Source: Clostridia bacterium (GTDB lineage: Bacteria; Bacillota; Clostridia; Oscillospirales; CAG-272). From it: 64,000 nucleotides of DNA. The stretch's first letter is position 1, and every line of letters begins with the position of its first letter. The DNA is taken from positions 1,775 through 65,774 of the forward strand of contig JAGDBK010000064.1 in assembly GCA_017959065.1 (NCBI GenBank). Reading direction: 5' to 3'. This document shows positions 57,634 to 64,000 of the stretch, in pieces. A program made the position numbers and the translations under genes. The notes below the pieces were generated by a model, which worked only from the letters and a program-made list of their open reading frames with translations, was not told where the DNA came from and searched no databases.

Positions 57634-59571
57634 ATGAAGATTGTTTTTTCAACCGGAGAAGTATTTGAAACGGAAAATGAACTAAGCGTTTACGATGCTG
57701 CCAGGGAACTGGGAATAGTGAGCAGGGCTCATATTGCTGCAGAAGTTGACGGTGAGCTTGTCGGAATGACGTATAAGCTCTCTTCAGACTGTGAAGTTAA
57801 GTTATTGACATTTGATGACGACGGCGGAAAACATGTGTTCAGACACACCGCTTCGCATATCCTTGCCCAGGCGGTCAAACGTTTGTATCCTCAGGTGAAG
57901 CTCACGATTGGACCTGCGATCGATACGGGCTTTTACTATGATTTTGACGCACCCAGCCATTTTTCCGCGGAGGATATCAGCGCTATCGAAAGCGAAATGT
58001 CCAAAATCGTAAAGGAAAACTATTTGATCGAAAGATTCACCCTTCCGAGGGACGAGGCGAAAAAGCTCATGCAGGAGCGCGGAGAGGATTACAAGCTCCT
58101 CCTTATCGACAGGATCCCTGAAGGCGAAGACATTTCTTTTTATCGTCAGGGAGAGTTCGTCGATCTTTGCGCCGGCCCTCATCTTTTTTCAACAGGTGCG
58201 GTAAAAGCGTTCAAACTGACACAGTGCACCGGCGCATACTGGGAGGGCAATTCGGACAATAAGATGCTGTGCAGGGTCTATGGAATAGCTTTTCCTGCCA
58301 AGGACCAGATGCGCGATTACCTGGCAAAGCTTGAGGAGGCAAGGAAAAACGACCACAATAAACTCGGGCGCGAGCTTGAGCTGTTTACCACGGTGGATAT
58401 AATAGGTCAGGGGCTGCCTATCCTTCTTCCCAAGGGCGCAAGGATTGTCCAGACGCTTCAGCGCTGGATCGAGGACGAGGAACAGAAACGCGGTTACCTG
58501 CTCACGAAAACTCCCTTTATGGCAAAACGCGAGCTGTACAAGCTGTCAGGACACTGGGATCACTATCTTGACGGAATGTTCGTACTGGGAGATCCGGACG
58601 ATTATTCAAAAGACTGCTTTGCGCTCAGGCCGATGACATGTCCGTTCCAGTATCAGGTTTTCCTTAACAGGCAGCGTTCATACAGAGATCTTCCCATGAG
58701 ACTCGGAGAGACGTCGACTCTGTTCCGCAACGAAGACTCAGGGGAAATGCACGGCCTCATCAGGGTCCGTCAGTTCACCATATCTGAGGGCCATCTCATC
58801 CTTCGCCCGGATCAGCTCGAGGACGAATTCAGAGGCTGTCTTGAACTTGCAAAGTACTGCCTGACCACGGTCGGCCTTTATGACAAATGCACTTTCCGGT
58901 TTTCACAGTGGGATCCTAAAAACCGTGAGAAGTATATCGGTACCGAGGAAATGTGGGACGAGGCCCAGGGCGCGATGAAGAAGATCCTTGAGGATCTCGG
59001 CGTAAACTATTTCGTCGGGGTTGGGGAAGCAGCTTTCTACGGACCGAAACTTGATATCCAGTACAAGAATGTTTTCGGAAAAGAAGATACCCTTGTAACA
59101 ATTCAGATAGACCAGATGCTTGCCGAGCAGTATGATATGTACTACATCGACGAAAACGGCCAGAAAGTTCGTCCGTATATTATCCACCGTACTTCGCTCG
59201 GATGTTACGAAAGAACTCTTGCGTATATGATCGAAGAGTTCGGCGGTGCTTTTCCGATGTGGCTGAGTCCGACTCAGGTCGAAGTGATCCCGGTAGGAAA
59301 CGATTTCAACGATTATGCCAAAGAAGTTGCTGAAAAGCTTTCTGCGGTTGGGATCCGGGTACATCTTGACGCAAGGAATGAGAAGATCGGATATAAGGTT
59401 CGCGAGGCAACGATGCAGAAGATCCCCTATATGCTTGTCGTCGGTGAGAGGGAAAAGGAGAACGGCACAGTTTCCGTGCGCACCCGAAAAGGGCAGGACG
59501 AGGGGACGAAATCTGTCGGTGAATTCATATCCTATGCGCTTGAAGAAATCGCCAGCAAGAAGATAAAGTGA
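57634..59571 (+). CDS. thrS: Threonine--tRNA ligase
   Basis: ATG 57634 (SD AAGGATG). It has a TGS N-terminus and class II core motifs (RVRQFTISEGHL, IIHRTSLGCYERTLAYMIEE); 645 aa. Confidence 0.96.
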   Translation: MKIVFSTGEVFETENELSVYDAARELGIVSRAHIAAEVDGELVGMTYKLSSDCEVKLLTFDDDGGKHVFRHTASHILAQAVKRLYPQVKLTIGPAIDTGFYYDFDAPSHFSAEDISAIESEMSKIVKENYLIERFTLPRDEAKKLMQERGEDYKLLLIDRIPEGEDISFYRQGEFVDLCAGPHLFSTGAVKAFKLTQCTGAYWEGNSDNKMLCRVYGIAFPAKDQMRDYLAKLEEARKNDHNKLGRELELFTTVDIIGQGLPILLPKGARIVQTLQRWIEDEEQKRGYLLTKTPFMAKRELYKLSGHWDHYLDGMFVLGDPDDYSKDCFALRPMTCPFQYQVFLNRQRSYRDLPMRLGETSTLFRNEDSGEMHGLIRVRQFTISEGHLILRPDQLEDEFRGCLELAKYCLTTVGLYDKCTFRFSQWDPKNREKYIGTEEMWDEAQGAMKKILEDLGVNYFVGVGEAAFYGPKLDIQYKNVFGKEDTLVTIQIDQMLAEQYDMYYIDENGQKVRPYIIHRTSLGCYERTLAYMIEEFGGAFPMWLSPTQVEVIPVGNDFNDYAKEVAEKLSAVGIRVHLDARNEKIGYKVREATMQKIPYMLVVGEREKENGTVSVRTRKGQDEGTKSVGEFISYALEEIASKKIK

Positions 59572-59593
59572 TTCGTTCGGCAAAAAAAACATG

Positions 59594-59643
59594 AGCCGGT
59601 ACGGAAAACGGAGATTTCTCCGTTTTCCGTACCGGCTTTTTTC
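59594..59643. terminator. Bidirectional intrinsic terminator
   Basis: 20-bp perfect stem AGCCGGTACGGAAAACGGAG-attt-CTCCGTTTTCCGTACCGGCT, flanked by A8 and T6. Confidence 0.88.
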
Positions 59644-59655
59644 TGTTTTAGGAGC

Positions 59656-61635
59656 TTATTCGGACTGGATCAGATAGTACATTGATCTGAAGTTCGTGCC
59701 GACTGTGAATGACAGCACGCCGTCTTTGTATTCTGAGGGAATGGCACCGACGTAAAATCCTTCTGAATTGACCGCCCATACCCTTAGGTCCGGACATTCT
59801 GTCCTGATCTTAATATCGGCATTGATGACTTCGATCATGATAGGAGGGTGACCGTAGTCTATCATTTTCTCGTCAAGGAACCGGGCATCCTGATTAAAGG
59901 CTCTTCCGACAGTGGTAAGCAGAATGTTCTTGGACGAAGAGATCTTTTCACCGTCCAGTGAACTCATTGCGACCACGGCAAAATCATTGCTGCATTTCAC
60001 CGAAACGTCATTGAGCTCGGTCTCGCCGTTTTTCGCCAGGAAACCGTAAACGCACTTGGTGAGCTCGGTATCGACAGTGCCGAGATTCTTTTTCCAGCTC
60101 CTGTAGAGCTGTCCGTTGTCTGATCTGACCTCGCCGACTTCTTCAGGAACAAGTATCTCGTTTTCGCTGACAGTACGGTCGGTGTCACTGATGGCGCTGC
60201 CGTCTCCGAGATCAACCACGATACGTGAAAGCTCACTTGATGCCGTAAACGCCGGACCGGGGGACGAGATAAGGTCGTTGATCTTGACGGCTATCTTTTT
60301 TGACGCGGGAGCTACGTCGCCTCGTCTCGTGATCAGGGCTGCATGATAGAACAGTCCGAACTTCGCGGGATCGTTCCATGTGGAGAAGATCCCTTCTCTG
60401 TATGAAACGCCTCCGATAGTCTGGGAGGAACCCTCTTTTCCGAGCATTTTCATGTTTTCAAGTCTTGTTCCGTATGCGTATGTGTGTATGGCAAATCCGG
60501 AATAACCCTGAAGCGCGCCGACGGATGCGAAGAATATCGGAGCTTCCGCTCTGAAACTGTTTGGCCAGGGCATATCCCACTCGGAAATAAACATTGGCAT
60601 GTCATCGACATGAGACTTGGGGAAAATACCGCTTCCGTTGTCATAAAGCTGGGTTATGCCCTTGTTCATGCATGCCTTGTCGAATTCTCCCCAGTGCCAG
60701 TCATAGACATAATGATGGTTGTCGATATAATCCGTTTCTTTCGAAGTCAATGTGCAGGCGCCAAAAAGCTGCCAGTTCGTTCCGGTGACGGGAATCTTAA
60801 TGCCCAGTTCGCGGATATATCCAATCATCTCATTGAAATAGCTGTTCTGGACTTCGATCTTATAATCCAGAAGAGGCCCCGTGATCTTTTCGTTAAGATC
60901 GCAGCCTTCAGCGTCGTATTCGATTCCTTTGCTGTCGAGCCAGGCTCTGAAGTTCTTTCTGAACTCGGTTGCGTAGGGTTCCGTTTCTATAGGATACCAG
61001 GAGAAGAGATCGCACTCATTGACGAGCTCCGCCATCACGAACACGGGATCGTCCTTGTAAGCCAGGCCTGTATAGGGATTGACGTGAGACCATAGCATCG
61101 AGAACATTTCCTTCTGGAGTTCGATCATCCTGCGGTTGTACATGCAGTAGGGCTTGGCAGCGTCTTTCAGCCCGATCGCGTTTTCAATTCCGTCGCTGTT
61201 CTTGAATTTCCTGTATGTAAAGGAATCCATGTAACAATAGATGCCTTCCTGCTTGAGACAGTAGATATAATAGTCGAGCCTGTCCAGACTGACGGGATCG
61301 AGTACGCGGGTCGTATCTATTCTCGGCCCTTTGGTGAATGAGTAGATGTTCGGAGTGTCCCACTCAGCGTCGATCTGATGGAAACGGACGAGATTTATCC
61401 CGAACTTTGCAAGTCTTCTCGCAGACTTTTCAGCATAATCTCGGTCCGGGAAATTTGCTCCTCCGTTCAGATTGGTTCCCCAGAACCTTGCGACCGTTCC
61501 GTCTTCGAATTCGAAATGGTCGCCGTTTGCACGAAGAAACCCGTGCTTTCCAGCGGGACGTTCATCTTTGAAAACGAAGCGCAGATCTATGGGCGCATCG
61601 TCCGGATAAGCCGGAAATGGTATGTAATCTGCCAT
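59656..61635 (-). CDS. Clan GH-A (GH5-like TIM-barrel) glycoside hydrolase, cytoplasmic
   Basis: Motif FWGTNLNGGANFP...GINLVRFHQID. The candidate acid/base is in MAELVNECDLF and the candidate nucleophile in MFISEWDMPW. No signal peptide. The family call is an inference. Confidence 0.6.
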   Translation of the reverse strand: MADYIPFPAYPDDAPIDLRFVFKDERPAGKHGFLRANGDHFEFEDGTVARFWGTNLNGGANFPDRDYAEKSARRLAKFGINLVRFHQIDAEWDTPNIYSFTKGPRIDTTRVLDPVSLDRLDYYIYCLKQEGIYCYMDSFTYRKFKNSDGIENAIGLKDAAKPYCMYNRRMIELQKEMFSMLWSHVNPYTGLAYKDDPVFVMAELVNECDLFSWYPIETEPYATEFRKNFRAWLDSKGIEYDAEGCDLNEKITGPLLDYKIEVQNSYFNEMIGYIRELGIKIPVTGTNWQLFGACTLTSKETDYIDNHHYVYDWHWGEFDKACMNKGITQLYDNGSGIFPKSHVDDMPMFISEWDMPWPNSFRAEAPIFFASVGALQGYSGFAIHTYAYGTRLENMKMLGKEGSSQTIGGVSYREGIFSTWNDPAKFGLFYHAALITRRGDVAPASKKIAVKINDLISSPGPAFTASSELSRIVVDLGDGSAISDTDRTVSENEILVPEEVGEVRSDNGQLYRSWKKNLGTVDTELTKCVYGFLAKNGETELNDVSVKCSNDFAVVAMSSLDGEKISSSKNILLTTVGRAFNQDARFLDEKMIDYGHPPIMIEVINADIKIRTECPDLRVWAVNSEGFYVGAIPSEYKDGVLSFTVGTNFRSMYYLIQSE

Positions 61636-61659
61636 TTTTTAACCTCTTTCGCTTATTAT

Positions 61660-63015
61660 TCATATGATTTTTATTCCGAGTATAGAACAAAGGTCCCTGA
61701 TCTCGGAGGTGCGGTCTCCGTAAACGATAAAATAATGCTGACATGCGACTTTGTCCGCAAAGTCCTCAACATCATCAAGAAGGATCTCCAGCCCCGGAAG
61801 CTGAGGCGCGGGCTGTGTCCATCCGCACTCCTCCCATTTCCTGGGCGTAACTCCTGTTCCGGTGACCATGTGGAGATAATAACCGCCGTCTGCGTAAGCG
61901 AGCCTGCACATGGTCAGTTTGCCGGTCTTGACTTTCGAAACGTTCAGTATACCTTCAGAAAGCTCTCCGAAAGCGGCGGGCATAACCGTGATTTCGCCTT
62001 CGGTTATCTCTGCGGGAACGAAATCCGGAACACCGGCAAGAACTCTGTCCTCAAAGAACTCGTAAAACTCGAGATATGCTCCGCACTGCCCTGTCAGATG
62101 GCGCAGCATGAGCTGGGTGATCTCTCCCAGAGAATCATTTTCCGGTACGGTAGACAGGCCGTCTATGTTCGAAAGAAGCATAAATATCGGTGCGGGGGGA
62201 TAACCCAGAAGTTTTTTCATACCGTCAACGTCTTTGAGAGAAATGGCTTCGTATCCCCGCTCGCGGCATATGTCCCTGACAGCAATATAATACCCGGCGG
62301 CACGCATAAGAGAATCGCGATTCGGTTCCTTGAGGAATTTCCATCCGGACATGTATTTGTCGATGATCGCGTTCTTTTCATCATCTGAAACTTTTTCGTA
62401 ACGCTGAGCGACTTCAAGCATTTCGAAGGATTCTATTTCCGGGCCGATGACTTTTTTCAGTGATGATCCGTCGAAGAGCGTTCCATACAGATTCATATCC
62501 CTGTAACCCATCATGCCCGCCCTGGCGTGACGAAGTTCGGAGGCAGCGATCGCCGCGCGGCAGTACTGGCTTACTTTCTTTGCTCCGCTTTGGTTTCCGA
62601 CGATATCATATACATATTTGAATTTATAACCCAGATCGGAAAGGACCTTTCTGAGAGCGGTCGTTCCCGCCTGATCCGCGGTGGTGACCAGCCGTCCGTC
62701 GTCTTCATACCATCCGCAAAGGCCCCACAGAACTATCGGAAGATGCCGATAGTGTTCCGCGACTTTTATAACCGCATGAGTGGGGATCCAGCCTGCTATG
62801 CAAAGGATGAGAGCCTCGAATTTTTCCGCGGAGAGCTCGCTTACCGCACGCTTGACATCATTTTCCTCGTAATCGTCTGACACGGGGAAGACTTTTACGA
62901 GATCGAGCCCCTCTCTTTCCAGTTCGGAAACAGCATCAGAGCATTTTTTAACTATGACGTCCACCGGGGTGTTGACTTCTCCGAACCCCACAAAACCAAT
63001 TTTCTTCACTCCCAT
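61660..63015 (-). CDS. L-fucose/L-arabinose isomerase-family protein
   Basis: Start refined to ATG 63015 (MGVKKIGFVGFGEVNTP). Its size and N-terminal swivel-domain pattern are typical of this family. The ATG overlaps the upstream kinase stop (ATGGGAGTGA). Confidence 0.65.
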   Translation of the reverse strand: MGVKKIGFVGFGEVNTPVDVIVKKCSDAVSELEREGLDLVKVFPVSDDYEENDVKRAVSELSAEKFEALILCIAGWIPTHAVIKVAEHYRHLPIVLWGLCGWYEDDGRLVTTADQAGTTALRKVLSDLGYKFKYVYDIVGNQSGAKKVSQYCRAAIAASELRHARAGMMGYRDMNLYGTLFDGSSLKKVIGPEIESFEMLEVAQRYEKVSDDEKNAIIDKYMSGWKFLKEPNRDSLMRAAGYYIAVRDICRERGYEAISLKDVDGMKKLLGYPPAPIFMLLSNIDGLSTVPENDSLGEITQLMLRHLTGQCGAYLEFYEFFEDRVLAGVPDFVPAEITEGEITVMPAAFGELSEGILNVSKVKTGKLTMCRLAYADGGYYLHMVTGTGVTPRKWEECGWTQPAPQLPGLEILLDDVEDFADKVACQHYFIVYGDRTSEIRDLCSILGIKII

Positions 63016-64000
63016 AAACCGCCTTTCCAATTATTTAATCTGTTGTCTATCGTGTTGAACCTTGATATGGCTTCGCTGTAATCTGCCCCGCTCGGGACGT
63101 ACACTTTATCCGTGGCTACGATATCCCTGACTGCCGAGTCTATGCTTTCAAGCGCGCCTATTCCGACTCCGGCCAGAATGGCGGAACCGAGGCAGGCCGT
63201 CTCCGTGTTTTTCAGCGTGACGAGATTCTTACCGGTGACATCAGCTTTGATCTGACACCAGAGAGGACTCATTGCACCGCCTCCCATCGTCTTGATCGTC
63301 TCATACGTGCCGCCGAGATAGTCAAGGTTGTTTTTCAGCATGAATGCGACAGCTTCAAGGATGCTTCTTGCAAAGTGTCCTACTGAATGTCCCAGAGTCA
63401 TTCCGAAAAACACTCCCTGAGCGGAAGGATTGTAGAACGGAATGGTAGATCCGCACAGATATGGAAGCATTGTAAGTCCTTCGCTTCCGGGCGGAACTGC
63501 CTTTGCCAGTTCGTCAAGCTCTTTAAATGATTTTTCCGGGCAGAAAGTGTTCCTGAACCATTTCAGCGCCATACCTGCGGTCGGTGACCATAACAGGAGA
63601 CAGTATTTCCCTTTGACAGCGTGATAGTGGCAAGGGATTTTTGAGTTCGGATCAAATTCAGGTACGCTTCCGCTCACGGCACATATGGCCATAGTCGTAC
63701 CGGTCATTTCGCTTGCTTCGCCTTCGCCGATTATTCCTGCGCCTATCGCCCCGGAGATCTGGTCAAGAGCTCCACCTGCAACAGCTATGCCGTCTTTAGT
63801 GGCCCCGATTATCTCTCCTGAACCGACCAGCTCCGGAAGCTGATCGCGGGTTATTCCTATAAAGGACAGCATTTCGTCCCACCATTCTCCGGAATTGATG
63901 TCGAAATAGATCGTGGAGGACTGCATTGTGCGCTCGGATGAGAAACGGCCGGTCAGACGGTAAATGAGATAATCCTCCAGCATGAAGATCTTCCCGATCC
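63006..64000 (-). CDS. FGGY-family carbohydrate kinase (xylulokinase-like), C-terminal ~330 codons; 5' end beyond the window
   Basis: Motifs YLIYRLTG, GALDQISGAIGAG and MGGGAMSPLWCQIKADVTGKN. The frame stays open upstream of the track Met (..IGKIFMLEDY) to position 64000. Confidence 0.85.
   Translation of the reverse strand, partial: IGKIFMLEDYLIYRLTGRFSSERTMQSSTIYFDINSGEWWDEMLSFIGITRDQLPELVGSGEIIGATKDGIAVAGGALDQISGAIGAGIIGEGEASEMTGTTMAICAVSGSVPEFDPNSKIPCHYHAVKGKYCLLLWSPTAGMALKWFRNTFCPEKSFKELDELAKAVPPGSEGLTMLPYLCGSTIPFYNPSAQGVFFGMTLGHSVGHFARSILEAVAFMLKNNLDYLGGTYETIKTMGGGAMSPLWCQIKADVTGKNLVTLKNTETACLGSAILAGVGIGALESIDSAVRDIVATDKVYVPSGADYSEAISRFNTIDNRLNNWKGGLWE

Overview
This window looks like 64 kb of chromosome, roughly 50% GC by eye, from a Clostridia-class Firmicute. 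That assignment is an inference from a Thr T-box leader, an ANTAR regulator next to glnA, the mfd-prsA gene order and SD-type ribosome binding sites; there is no rRNA in the window. I support about 53 protein genes, one tRNA-Ser(GCU), one thrS T-box, about 10 near-consensus sigma-A promoters and about 12 intrinsic terminators. Most of the content is core: glyA, pfkA, galU, mfd, rpmG-secE-nusG-rplK-rplA, mltG, ftsK, rpsO-pnp, gdhA, glnA, thrS and an amino-acid ABC transporter. Carbohydrate and phosphoester genes are interspersed, including three separate tandem paralogue pairs: DUF4038/GH140-like, metallophosphoesterase and EEP. The one clear accessory module is at the left edge (1-4946, minus strand). 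It encodes a TerB-N/TerB-C protein, a DUF2791/BrxD-like ATPase and an Lhr-like DExH helicase cut by the window edge, which is the composition of the Shango anti-phage system. Directly upstream of it is an unusual pair: a MinD-like ATPase and an MGS-fold protein that has lost the methylglyoxal-synthase catalytic residues. Other items worth a look are listed below.
- A GC-rich structured noncoding island upstream of glyA.
- An ANTAR regulator with a pseudo-receiver domain after glnA.
- A perfect 25-bp tandem duplication abutting the thrS promoter.
- An ABC permease with a roughly 245-aa extra N-terminal domain.
- A NahK-like kinase convergent with a GH109-like oxidoreductase.
I saw no CRISPR array, transposase, integrase or prophage genes. 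All family assignments come from reading motifs by eye; no database search was run.
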